Source: an uncultured Gammaproteobacteria bacterium
GTDB taxonomy: Bacteria > Patescibacteriota > Microgenomatia > UBA12405 > CAZGPK01
DNA: 44,921 nt
Direction: 5' to 3'
Assembly: GCA_964527115.1 (NCBI GenBank)
Contig: CAZGPK010000004.1
Coordinates: forward strand, 1 to 44,921
The translations under genes were made by a program, and so were the position numbers. Under the pieces are notes generated by a model, which did not search any database, was not told the DNA's origin, and saw only the letters and a list, made by a program, of their open reading frames with translations. Of this stretch, positions 28,345 to 37,322 are shown in pieces. Numbering within the stretch: position 1 is the first letter of the stretch; every line of letters begins with the position of its first letter.

Positions 28345-28905
28345 TCACTTTCCATTCTTGGTCTTTCCCTTTTCTCCATTTCCTTCAAGTGGGATCTTCT
28401 CAGCAAGCCACTTGGAAGTTTTATCTAGAAATCTGGGCGACTCTTCTCTCTCAGGGATATATCTCGATAATATCTCTTTCACTTTTTCCAAACTTTCCTC
28501 TGGCACAATAAAGCTAAACTCTCCTGGAAACCGCAAAGCTGTCTTAAAAAATATCTGCTCTTGTCCAAATTGTTTTTTCTCCCAGAAAAACAAAATCACC
28601 TCCCAGTCCATTCTTGGTAAATCACCGAAATGAAACCCCTTATTCGTCAATCTAATTGTCACTTCTTCCGGTGGCACGCTAGACAGGGCGTAGTAAACAA
28701 AAACTAAAGCTACTAAAGCGGCAATAAAGAAAAACTCTTTTACTAAAATGAGGATCAGCGAAACCAAAATCAAAATAGTAATTGCCGTTGTCCAAAACTC
28801 CCGGTCTCTTTTATGAAAAAGCCTCTCTGCCGCCTTCCAAGAAAAAATAGTTTTCTCTTCCTTGGAAGCTAATACTTCCATTGGCTCTCTTTTATTCTCT
28901 GGCAT
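28345..28905 (-). CDS. Conserved hypothetical two-TM membrane protein
   Basis: FSWKAAER, two TMs, then a PH-like RLTNKGFHF...W segment. Host-like coding style. Confidence 0.75.
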   Translation of the reverse strand: MPENKREPMEVLASKEEKTIFSWKAAERLFHKRDREFWTTAITILILVSLILILVKEFFFIAALVALVFVYYALSSVPPEEVTIRLTNKGFHFGDLPRMDWEVILFFWEKKQFGQEQIFFKTALRFPGEFSFIVPEESLEKVKEILSRYIPEREESPRFLDKTSKWLAEKIPLEGNGEKGKTKNGK

Positions 28906-28987
28906 CTACTTTTAATCTTAAACAAGCCCATCCCAAACTGCAACAAACCAAGCCCTCTCTGTTAAAATATACGGGGGTTCAAAAAAA

Positions 28988-29073
28988 GGAGGAGTCGCCT
29001 AGTGGCCCATGGCACAGGTTTGCTAAACCTGCGGGAGAACATCCCGTCGCGGGTTCGAATCCCGCCTCCTCCG
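28988..29073 (+). tRNA. tRNA-Ser(GCT), CCA not encoded
   Basis: GGAGGAGTCGCCTAGTGGCCCATGGCACAGGTTTGCTAAACCTGCGGGAGAACATCCCGTCGCGGGTTCGAATCCCGCCTCCTCCG. Long variable arm, anticodon GCT. Confidence 0.95.
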
Positions 29074-29239
29074 CTTTATGCCTATTTTACCATGTAATTT
29101 TAATGGTATAGCTACAAACCCCTAACCATCCGCGTAATTTTTTAGGAAAATTATTTATATCAAGTTAACAGCCTGTAACACGCCAAAACCCAATTTTTTA
29201 ATAATTGCTATTTTCCCCAAAAAGTGGCAAATTATCTTG

Positions 29240-29914
29240 ATGGCAAGATTCATTACCAAGCAACAAATCCTAGATTTGGTTAAGGACCAACACTTTGAAA
29301 CTGAGGATAACTTTAGAGATTATTTGGCACCTAAATTAGCTGAATTATTTAAAGTCAATAAAGAGCAAGTTGAAACTGAACCGGTAACTACTAGTTTTGA
29401 CGGAACCTTATCAAATCGTGCCGATATTATCATCAGAAATGAAGATGGAAATTTTAAGAAAGCACTAATAGTTTTTGAATTGAAATTATCAAAAAGTGTC
29501 GACAAATTTAATAATGGTGATTACACTGGAACAGATAAGCAGCTCAAAAAATATTGCCAAGATGTAAGAGCACCTTATGGAGTTTTATTAACCGAAAACT
29601 TTTGTGCAATTTATCGAAATAAATACTTTTCTTATGACCAAGAACCAAAAAGAGGTCTAAAAAATATAATTCCAACTATTGAAGGAATTGAAAATATTAT
29701 GGCTAAAGAAGCCTTAGTTGATTTTTTCTTTTTAAACAAATCATTAAAATATATTTACTATCTAATATTTGTCTTAATCATTTACTTTCTTTTTGCTGTT
29801 TCTCTGGAAAAGGCATTTGGTCTGTGGATTTCAATGTTAATATCTTTTTTAATTAGCATTATTGGTGGGGGTGTGATTGCCATTATTTTTAAGGTTAGGA
29901 AGACTTTTGATTAG
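29240..29914 (+). CDS. HsdR-N-like PD-(D/E)XK nuclease domain fused to two C-terminal TM helices
   Basis: E...RADIIIR...IVFELK...QLKKYC...YGVLL, then hydrophobic YIYYLIFVLIIYFLFAV and LWISMLISFLISIIGGGVIAIIF. Confidence 0.72.
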   Translation: MARFITKQQILDLVKDQHFETEDNFRDYLAPKLAELFKVNKEQVETEPVTTSFDGTLSNRADIIIRNEDGNFKKALIVFELKLSKSVDKFNNGDYTGTDKQLKKYCQDVRAPYGVLLTENFCAIYRNKYFSYDQEPKRGLKNIIPTIEGIENIMAKEALVDFFFLNKSLKYIYYLIFVLIIYFLFAVSLEKAFGLWISMLISFLISIIGGGVIAIIFKVRKTFD

Positions 29915-31235
29915 GTTTAATTGACAATTCCTTATTGTGTAGAATAAATCGGGTTTTTATGGCCGACATTACCTTAAGTCTTTCTTCGGCGGTTCCAAAT
30001 TTCAGAATGTAGATTAAATATTCCTTAATTTTATCCTTGCCAATATGATTAAAGGCATCATAGTCCAATTCGATTAATTTTCCGCTAATAATTTCCTGGT
30101 TTAGGACTTCATTTCTTAATCTATGAAATTTATCGATATCCTGTTTTAAATACTGAGCCAGCTCACTCTCGTGTAATTTAATTTCATCGATGTGAATGAC
30201 CAGCTGTTGGATTAGATCCTCTTCACTGATATAGGGTTCATCGCAGTCGTAATCTATGTGTCTACCACAGTGGTAGTAGATATACTTTCTGACTCCACCC
30301 GACTTATTCCTTTTATATTTTTCCTCAGCTGTTACCCTTTCACCACAAGTCCCACAATAGCATAGACTTCTAAAGGGAAAGACTTTTTTATTCCATTCCC
30401 TATCTGGAGCAACAAGTTGAAGCTGAACTTTGTCAAATAATTCCTTGGTTATTAATGGCTCATGTTTACCTTTATAGATCTTGCCGCCGAATTCAAACTC
30501 GCCGTAATAAAATGTATTCTTTAAGGTTGTATAAACTTTACTTAAGGCCAGTGGTTTACCGCTTCTGGTAGTAAATTCAATTCTGTCCAGCCACTTTTTT
30601 ATAGTTTTACCACTATGGCCTTCAACTCCAACTCGGCTAAACATCTGCCTTATTATCGGAGCCCTATCGTTGTCAATTTCAACAAAACTTATCCGGTTGT
30701 AATTCATCACATTGCGATAGCCAAGTGGTGCCATGTTAGGTCGCCATCCTGCTTCACATTTTGCTCTCATGCCTCGTCTAACATTGATACCTCGATTGTC
30801 GTTTTCCAACTTTGCCTGTGAGCATAAAATCATAAGTAAGAATTTCTCATTTGGATTATTTGAAAATGATTGAGAGAAGGTTCTGATTGTCTGAAGTTTT
30901 CCCTGATCCATTAAGTCGACCAGTGTCCCTAAATCTCCTGCATTTCTACTTAATCTGTCAGGTGCCCACGTTAATATGGCATCAAATTCTCCAGCTCTAA
31001 TGTCGATTAGTAATTGGTTGAAGACTGGCCTTAGCCCTGATGATTTGGCTGAGTGGCTTTCTTGCCGGATTTCTTTTATAAATAAGTTTTCTCTTTCGGC
31101 CAGTGTTTTCATCTCATTGATTTGAGATTCAATTGACATGGCCTGACGTTCATCTGATTCCGATGATTTTCTGGCGTATAGGCAGTATCTTACTTTCTTT
31201 ATTTCCTGTATCTTTCCATCTTCTTTCTTTTTCAT
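29895..31235 (-). CDS. Large serine recombinase (resolvase, recombinase and Zn-ribbon domains)
   Basis: YARKS catalytic motif, SAKSSGLRP, DRLSRN, APLGY, YYG...GKHEPLI, CGTCG...YYHC...C. ATG 31235 is 6 nt after TACAGT. Confidence 0.94.
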   Translation of the reverse strand: MKKKEDGKIQEIKKVRYCLYARKSSESDERQAMSIESQINEMKTLAERENLFIKEIRQESHSAKSSGLRPVFNQLLIDIRAGEFDAILTWAPDRLSRNAGDLGTLVDLMDQGKLQTIRTFSQSFSNNPNEKFLLMILCSQAKLENDNRGINVRRGMRAKCEAGWRPNMAPLGYRNVMNYNRISFVEIDNDRAPIIRQMFSRVGVEGHSGKTIKKWLDRIEFTTRSGKPLALSKVYTTLKNTFYYGEFEFGGKIYKGKHEPLITKELFDKVQLQLVAPDREWNKKVFPFRSLCYCGTCGERVTAEEKYKRNKSGGVRKYIYYHCGRHIDYDCDEPYISEEDLIQQLVIHIDEIKLHESELAQYLKQDIDKFHRLRNEVLNQEIISGKLIELDYDAFNHIGKDKIKEYLIYILKFGTAEERLKVMSAIKTRFILHNKELSIKPNQKSS

Positions 31236-31296
31236 GACACAACTGTACCGCAAGGTTTATGGAAGTCTAGGAGATGTTTTAGTGGTAAAATAGGGC

Positions 31297-31968
31297 GTGA
31301 AAGCGTTTATAGTATCAATATTTTTAGCAATAACAGGGTTTTTTGGATTAAACAAACCACAACAAGCTTCTTTGTCTATTCCAACTCTCGAACCGTCACC
31401 CACCATAGAAATAATTGAGGAAATAATATCTCCGACTTTAGCTCCCACAGTTATCCTATCCGCTAAACCTACTATATCGAAGCCTAAAAGTTCGATTAAT
31501 GAAGAAATACTTAAAAAATTCTTTGGAATTTCAGATATAAACCGAGCTAATTTAATTTTGAAGAATCCTGATGAACTTAAAAAATATGAGCAAGAATTTT
31601 ATCAAAAATTTTTAACTTACCCGGTTCCGAGAATAACAATTATCAATAATACTCAGTTAATTGGAATGCCAAGTAAGGATGGCGTGAAAATTTGTAATGG
31701 TGGTCAACTTAAAAAACTTTATGACGAGATTACTCCCATTGAAAAACAAGCCTATTTTGAAAAGATGGATTACGATTGCCACCATAATTCTAGAATGCAA
31801 GAAACTGCAGAATGTCAGGAATGGAGGAGAATAAACGATGTAGACAGAGTTCAGCCAACAAAAGGATCTATTGATGATGAAATCGCTGCCTTACAAAAAA
31901 AGATAAGCGAATATGCAAATAAGAAGAATGTATATGACGACCTGATAGTTAAATACTGTCAAAACTAG
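31297..31968 (+). CDS. Secreted hypothetical protein
   Basis: Signal peptide, SPT-rich linker, helical domain with four Cys. TGgTAAAAT just upstream of the GTG. Confidence 0.75.
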   Translation: MKAFIVSIFLAITGFFGLNKPQQASLSIPTLEPSPTIEIIEEIISPTLAPTVILSAKPTISKPKSSINEEILKKFFGISDINRANLILKNPDELKKYEQEFYQKFLTYPVPRITIINNTQLIGMPSKDGVKICNGGQLKKLYDEITPIEKQAYFEKMDYDCHHNSRMQETAECQEWRRINDVDRVQPTKGSIDDEIAALQKKISEYANKKNVYDDLIVKYCQN

Positions 31969-31982
31969 TATAAAAAATTGTT

Positions 31983-33803
31983 TTATCTCCAAGTTTGATC
32001 GTTTAGTCTTTTGGCAATCGCTTCCTGTTCATTATATAAGCCCTGATCTTCATCTATCCAACGATTTTCTTCGGCACTTAACCATTGATTTGACTGCATT
32101 TTAGAAACTATTTTCTCCATTCTTCCAATTCTGATATTCATTATTTCTATCAATCTGTCGGCATCTTTTTTATTATTCTCGTAAGTGGATGAATAACTGC
32201 GAATATTTTCCCAACTTGGTCTTATCTCCTTCAGTCTACTAAGAGATGCGGCCCAACTGTCAATTACTTCTTTTGAATAATTAGGTGGAATATATCCGGC
32301 AAAGTGAAGAACCATTACCTGTGAAGGGCAACCATTTAACATCCCTTCTACTTCAGTAATACCTACTTCTTGGTAATTTTTGTTTAATAAAAATTCCTTG
32401 GTCTCTGGAAATTCAAATTGATATTCTATTAACTCTTCAGCATCGTAATATCCCACGTTTAGTGCTTCGCCATAAGTAGTATTTGAATATTTTGCATCTC
32501 TCATCGCCTTTGTCATTGGGTATCCGCTTTTGGTCGCCTCGTATGAAAAATCGTCAAATTTTAGCATTACCTCACCCCTTCGAGCTGCTGAATCTTCAAG
32601 TTTGGGTTGATATTTTAATGCTTTTACTTTTGCTTCAGCCCTTTTTTCATTTAGAAGGTCTAAATATTTTTGCCTATCAATTTTGATTTTTGACGATTCT
32701 TCTAGATCAAGTGTTGTATCGCGCCAATTTTTATCAAAAGTTCCTTTTTGTTTTTCGAAAGGCAAAACATGATTAATATCGTTAATATTGATAAACCCAA
32801 TTTCCCTCGAATCGCCACTTCCTTTTCTATTATCGCCCATGACAAAAACCGAATTCTCTGGGACAGTAACTTTTTGGCATTCTTTCAAATAGGATTCGCC
32901 AAAGGTTGAATGTGCTTGGGCGGTGTAAGGCTCTTTTTGGGGTTGATCATTCAGATAGACAATGCCATTTTTTAATTCAATAGTATCTCCGGGCATGCCA
33001 ATAATTCTTTTCACCCACCCTGAAGGTCGACCATAAAGTTTTTCCGTTAACTCTTTTGTTTTGTCATTAAGTAAAACGACAATATCACCCCGTTCTAATT
33101 CATGGTTAAGGTATCTTTTGCCTAAAAGAATTAGCCCGTTGGGATATCGAAACATTCCTGGTGATCCGACAATTTCTTTGGATTGTTCTTCCGGAGTTTT
33201 TCCTTGACCCTTTGGAAAGGTGGGTGACATAGACCCTGTTCCCGATACCGTGATAATTTCGGGATTATATCCTAAACCATCTTTCGTCATCTGAAATGCC
33301 AGATAGTATCCCAAAATCCATATCGGTAAAATTATTCCAATAACAGCCAAAGAAGAAAATACTCGAGAAACTACCTGACCTACACCCTTTGGTCTAAGTA
33401 AAGAAATTTTAAATCTATCGGTTTTTATTTTTTCTCTTAGTTCTTTGATTCCAGTAGAGCGATATAGCAAGATCAAAGGGAAAAATGCTAAATTAAAACA
33501 AAGTTTAAAGATTGATCCGATAAAATTACCTTTTTTGTTATGAACTCCTTTTTTTGATTTGTCTCCTTTAGCAATTTTTATGGCAATCATTAAAACAAAT
33601 ATGCAAAAGGCAATGATACCTACACCCATCGATGAAAGCATTGCTATTAAAAAGGAAGTAGAGTTGCCAAATGGAGTATCTTGTACAGTACCTTTAAACC
33701 AGTTTGTAGCTAGACCAATACTGGCGGTAAAAATAGCGATACACAATAACCAGAGAATTATAAAAAACTTAATAAATGCGGATGATTTTTCCTTCTTTTC
33801 CAC
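31983..33803 (-). CDS. lepB: Signal peptidase I fused to a C-terminal CAP-like domain and helical tail
   Basis: Several TMs. GSMSPT (catalytic Ser), RGDIVV, VKRIIGMPGD (catalytic Lys), VMGDNRKGSGDSR, then LLNEKR...KLEDSAARRG...YGEAL...LLNKNYQEVGI. GTG 33803 is 6 nt after TATAAT. Confidence 0.85.
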   Translation of the reverse strand: MEKKEKSSAFIKFFIILWLLCIAIFTASIGLATNWFKGTVQDTPFGNSTSFLIAMLSSMGVGIIAFCIFVLMIAIKIAKGDKSKKGVHNKKGNFIGSIFKLCFNLAFFPLILLYRSTGIKELREKIKTDRFKISLLRPKGVGQVVSRVFSSLAVIGIILPIWILGYYLAFQMTKDGLGYNPEIITVSGTGSMSPTFPKGQGKTPEEQSKEIVGSPGMFRYPNGLILLGKRYLNHELERGDIVVLLNDKTKELTEKLYGRPSGWVKRIIGMPGDTIELKNGIVYLNDQPQKEPYTAQAHSTFGESYLKECQKVTVPENSVFVMGDNRKGSGDSREIGFININDINHVLPFEKQKGTFDKNWRDTTLDLEESSKIKIDRQKYLDLLNEKRAEAKVKALKYQPKLEDSAARRGEVMLKFDDFSYEATKSGYPMTKAMRDAKYSNTTYGEALNVGYYDAEELIEYQFEFPETKEFLLNKNYQEVGITEVEGMLNGCPSQVMVLHFAGYIPPNYSKEVIDSWAASLSRLKEIRPSWENIRSYSSTYENNKKDADRLIEIMNIRIGRMEKIVSKMQSNQWLSAEENRWIDEDQGLYNEQEAIAKRLNDQTWR

Positions 33804-33893
33804 AAGTTGATTATATCCAAAAAAAGACACTTTTGTTTATTCTTACATCTATCAACCAAGGTAATTTATTCTTTTTTTTAGAAAAATTTAAAG

Positions 33894-34334
33894 TTAATTA
33901 AGCTTCGAAACTGGCCAGTTATCTTTTACACCTTCAGTGGCAATTTTTATCCATTCGTCTTTAGATACGTTATATTCATTTAAAATTTCCTGTCGATATT
34001 TTTCTTCAAGTTCTTGAACTAAATCAGCGTTTGGCTCAACATTCTTTTTTGCTTGCTCAGCGTCTACATTATATAAACTAGTAGGGTATTTTTCCTCAGC
34101 TTCTTTCATGGCTTTATCTTCTGCTTGGGCAATTTTGAAAAATATTTCTTGTTTTTCTTCTAAATTTCTCTCGCTTGCTTGGAATATCTCGGTGGCATTG
34201 TTCATACCATCTTGAAAACCTTTTTGAGAGTCACCGTTTTTAGAACCAATGATTATTGTCAAAACAATTAAAATAATTATTCCGGAAATTATTTTGTGCC
34301 TTAAAAACCAGTTTTTTTGTATATCTTTTTCCAT
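33894..34334 (-). CDS. Single-TM exported hypothetical protein
   Basis: KNWFLRHKIISGIIILIVLTIIIG anchor, helical C-terminal domain. Confidence 0.75.
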   Translation of the reverse strand: MEKDIQKNWFLRHKIISGIIILIVLTIIIGSKNGDSQKGFQDGMNNATEIFQASERNLEEKQEIFFKIAQAEDKAMKEAEEKYPTSLYNVDAEQAKKNVEPNADLVQELEEKYRQEILNEYNVSKDEWIKIATEGVKDNWPVSKLN

Positions 34335-34362
34335 ATATTTATTAACTATTAATTTGACACAA

Positions 34363-34427
34363 TGCTAACTGAAACTTAGCAGGAAGTCAAGGCTAAATCG
34401 TGCCTATTTGCTAAGTATGGCTTAGTA
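34363..34427. promoter_or_regulatory. Two palindromic operators TGCTAA-N7-TTAG(C/T)A
   Basis: 34363-34381 TGCTAActgaaacTTAGCA and 34409-34427 TGCTAAgtatggcTTAGTA, in the divergent region before the XRE gene. Confidence 0.6.
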
Positions 34428-34460
34428 GAGTTTGAATCTGCCTAAACATACCCTTTGGGT

Positions 34461-34676
34461 ATGAGAAAAAATGCCAAATTAACTAAAACTATTTGTAAAA
34501 GAATTAAAAAATACCGTGGTGATCTTGGTCTGACTCAAGAAGATTTAGCAGAAAAAGTTGGGGTTAGCCGGGTTTATATAGGCTACGTTGAGCAAGGTCG
34601 CAACACACCGTCATTAGAGATTTTAGAAAAGATTGCTAAAGCTCTAAAATCGAGATTGGCTGACCTCATCGAATAA
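34461..34676 (+). CDS. XRE-family HTH regulator
   Basis: RIKKYRGDLGLTQEDLAEKVGVSRVYIGYVEQGRNTPSLEILEKIAKAL. Confidence 0.93.
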   Translation: MRKNAKLTKTICKRIKKYRGDLGLTQEDLAEKVGVSRVYIGYVEQGRNTPSLEILEKIAKALKSRLADLIE

Positions 34677-34679
34677 GAT

Positions 34680-36185
34680 TCAACTAGGCCAGCGGTGATG
34701 AAATAATTTGTGTACCCGGCTATAGTTGCTATCATACAGACTGCCTTTTGTGTCAACAACTATAACATTCGACTCTGGTTTGTTATCTAGCTCTAATATT
34801 TTCAGAATCAGTAAGGAGAATGCATCGGCGAGATCATCATGTTTTTCAATTCCGAAACCCACCAACTGACCAATTAATTCTTCTGCTCCATGTCTTGGAA
34901 ACAGAATTTTTCCCTGCTCAATTAAGTGGGTGACCAAGGCCAATCTAGAGCGTTTATCTTGTCCGTTTACTTTAACTCCCTCACAATGGATGTTGCGATC
35001 ATTAAGTTGTTGGAGAATTGCTTGCTGATACCCCACGTCTTCGACAAATATTTTAGATTCCACGCCAAGAGTAGCTGATAATTCCTCAATCTTTTGGACA
35101 GTTTGAGGAAAAGTAAGTTTTTCGTTAATTGGATTTGGATAAATATATATTTTAAGGTCTTCTTTTCTCCCAAAGATTTTTGAAATAATCATGGAGGTAA
35201 AGTCAGAGGACTCTTTTTGGGTAATTGCTAAGTCAATGCCAACACCAATATATCGAAAATCTTTAATGTCTCTGTCAATTGTTGTGTAATATTGAATCCA
35301 CTCGGGGTGAACTAGTCTATCGGCATCGGAAATAATTTTAATCAAGTATTCCCGATACCAAGCAGAGTCAGATCCGATCATTCCTTTAAGTTTTTCGATT
35401 GAATCTATATCAGGAAATTTCCCCGGCCACGATGGTATACCAGTATCGTTTAATATTGGGTATGAGAGAAACTTGCCTGAAAGTTGGTTATTGTCGATTA
35501 GAGACTTAAGTCTCATTAGAAGACAATCCTCATGAAGCAAATTTCCGACAACCACAAATTTTGTATTAGTATCCCCAATTGGCAAGATTTCCCCAGTAAA
35601 CCAATTAGTGGTTTTATCGCGGCCTTCCTTAGTCTTGACACTATTTAAGTCTTCAACATCATCACAAATTACCAAATCTGGCCTATATTGCCCATGACGA
35701 AGTCCTCGGACACTCTGCTCAGTGGAAGCGATAGATATTCGAGCATCAAAGTTGGAGAGGACTATAGTATTTACTCCCCACTCATCACTTGTTTCTTGAA
35801 ATGGACCAATATCGCTCATTAATAATGCGTTAGCCTGCAACTCCCTCTTAATATTCGATAGATGTAGTTTGGCTTGGGATTGAGTTTGACTAACGATTAA
35901 TATAAATTTTTTTTGTTGACAGCCAGTAATTGCCCATATAGGGTAGGATAAACTCATTAAAGTCGATTTTCCTGACCCTCGGAAAGCAATTAATACTGCC
36001 AGTCTTAAGGCGGTATCTTCTGTTATGGAAAACATTTCCCGATGGAAATCAGCAAAGGGATATCCCAGATAATGTCCAAAATAGATACTAAAAAACAAAC
36101 AGTGATTTTGACGAGTCATTGCTCTTCTGACAGATCGTTTCCTTAAAATCTCTGAAAGATCTTGTTTGCTCAACATATTAGTCAT
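34680..36185 (-). CDS. Phage terminase large subunit-like protein
   Basis: Walker A AFRGSGKS, VRG...RPDLVICDDVE (Walker B), VVGN coupling motif, nuclease GIDLA...SDFT...VEDVGYQ...HDDLADA. Confidence 0.88.
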   Translation of the reverse strand: MTNMLSKQDLSEILRKRSVRRAMTRQNHCLFFSIYFGHYLGYPFADFHREMFSITEDTALRLAVLIAFRGSGKSTLMSLSYPIWAITGCQQKKFILIVSQTQSQAKLHLSNIKRELQANALLMSDIGPFQETSDEWGVNTIVLSNFDARISIASTEQSVRGLRHGQYRPDLVICDDVEDLNSVKTKEGRDKTTNWFTGEILPIGDTNTKFVVVGNLLHEDCLLMRLKSLIDNNQLSGKFLSYPILNDTGIPSWPGKFPDIDSIEKLKGMIGSDSAWYREYLIKIISDADRLVHPEWIQYYTTIDRDIKDFRYIGVGIDLAITQKESSDFTSMIISKIFGRKEDLKIYIYPNPINEKLTFPQTVQKIEELSATLGVESKIFVEDVGYQQAILQQLNDRNIHCEGVKVNGQDKRSRLALVTHLIEQGKILFPRHGAEELIGQLVGFGIEKHDDLADAFSLLILKILELDNKPESNVIVVDTKGSLYDSNYSRVHKLFHHRWPS

Positions 36186-36595
36186 TGTTTGTCCTCATTG
36201 GTTATAACTGACGTGTCTGGCAATACTGAGGCAAGTTTTAACGCCTTTACGACCAATTCCTCTTGTTCAGGTGTCAATTGCTCGTCATCATGCTTTAATT
36301 TAGCAGTTACTTCAATTCTGTTGGCATAAGCTGGGTGTCGGTGATTAAGCCAGTAGGCTATGGCTGAGAAATTTTTGTCTTTTATGGCCGATATTAGCTG
36401 TGATTCCGCCATTTCATTAATGAGTGACACACCATCACTGATGGCTGTCTCTACCGCCTGGGAAAATTCTGAATCCTCTTTTTTCCAACGATAAAAACTT
36501 GCCCGACCAATACCCGTCTTTTCACACGCAACTTGTATTATTGGTGTTTTCTTAAGTTGCTCGATCAATAATTGTTTATCATTATTTGTTTTCAT
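36182..36595 (-). CDS. HTH protein, putative terminase small subunit
   Basis: IQVACEKTGIGRASFYRWKKEDSEF, AESQL...AIAYWL. Coupled directly upstream of TerL. Confidence 0.72.
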   Translation of the reverse strand: MKTNNDKQLLIEQLKKTPIIQVACEKTGIGRASFYRWKKEDSEFSQAVETAISDGVSLINEMAESQLISAIKDKNFSAIAYWLNHRHPAYANRIEVTAKLKHDDEQLTPEQEELVVKALKLASVLPDTSVITNEDKQ

Positions 36596-37322
36596 ATTTT
36601 TTAAATTTTTTATAACGGTCGACGATAACTTGGCAGTATTCTGGATCAATCTCGACACCTATACATCTTCTTCGAGTTTGCTCACATGCGATTAAACTCG
36701 ACCCCGACCCCAAAAATGGGTCATAGACATAATCACCAATTTGAGAGCTATTGAGAATTAAATGTCGTAGAAGAGATATTGGCTTCATGGTTGGATGGAG
36801 TGGACTTTTGTTAGGCTTGGGAAAAGCCAAAATACTTTTATCTTTGCTTTTAAAGAATTTATGTGTCCCGAACCAGCCATAAGCTATCAGCTCATGCATG
36901 GGGAGGTAATCCATTCGTCCAATCACTGAGTGATTTTTTATCCAAATCAACAGCTGACAAAATTTAAAACCAGAAGTGTCAAGAGCCTTTTTTAAAGCGA
37001 AGATCATTTTGTCGGAGTTAAAAATATAGAAGCTGTTTTTTGGTGCTAAAAATGGTTTAACTACCTCTAGCCATTGTTGAGTAAATAATTGATACGACTC
37101 TTCTGATTGAATCTGATCATTGGCAATAAGTTTTCTAGTTACTTTAGTTTTTAGAAACCCTTTTTTGCCCTCGACCAGACCCACGCCATACGGAGGGTCT
37201 AAAAGCATGAGTGATATTTTTTTGTCGGTTAGCAACTTCTCAACTGACTCTTTATCGGTGGCATCACCACATAAAAGTAGATGATCACCGAGTTCGACAA
37301 TGTCTCCGTTTTTAATTGACAT
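36582..37322 (-). CDS. N6/N4 DNA methyltransferase (beta class)
   Basis: HLLLCGDAT, DPPY, HPTMKP, DPFLGSGSS, EIDPEYC. Confidence 0.93.
   Translation of the reverse strand: MSIKNGDIVELGDHLLLCGDATDKESVEKLLTDKKISLMLLDPPYGVGLVEGKKGFLKTKVTRKLIANDQIQSEESYQLFTQQWLEVVKPFLAPKNSFYIFNSDKMIFALKKALDTSGFKFCQLLIWIKNHSVIGRMDYLPMHELIAYGWFGTHKFFKSKDKSILAFPKPNKSPLHPTMKPISLLRHLILNSSQIGDYVYDPFLGSGSSLIACEQTRRRCIGVEIDPEYCQVIVDRYKKFKKYENK

Noticed and set aside
28123-28511. Plus-strand ORFs across tRNA-Arg(GCG)
   Set aside because: They are antisense to the tRNA and to the 28345 gene, with no protein features.
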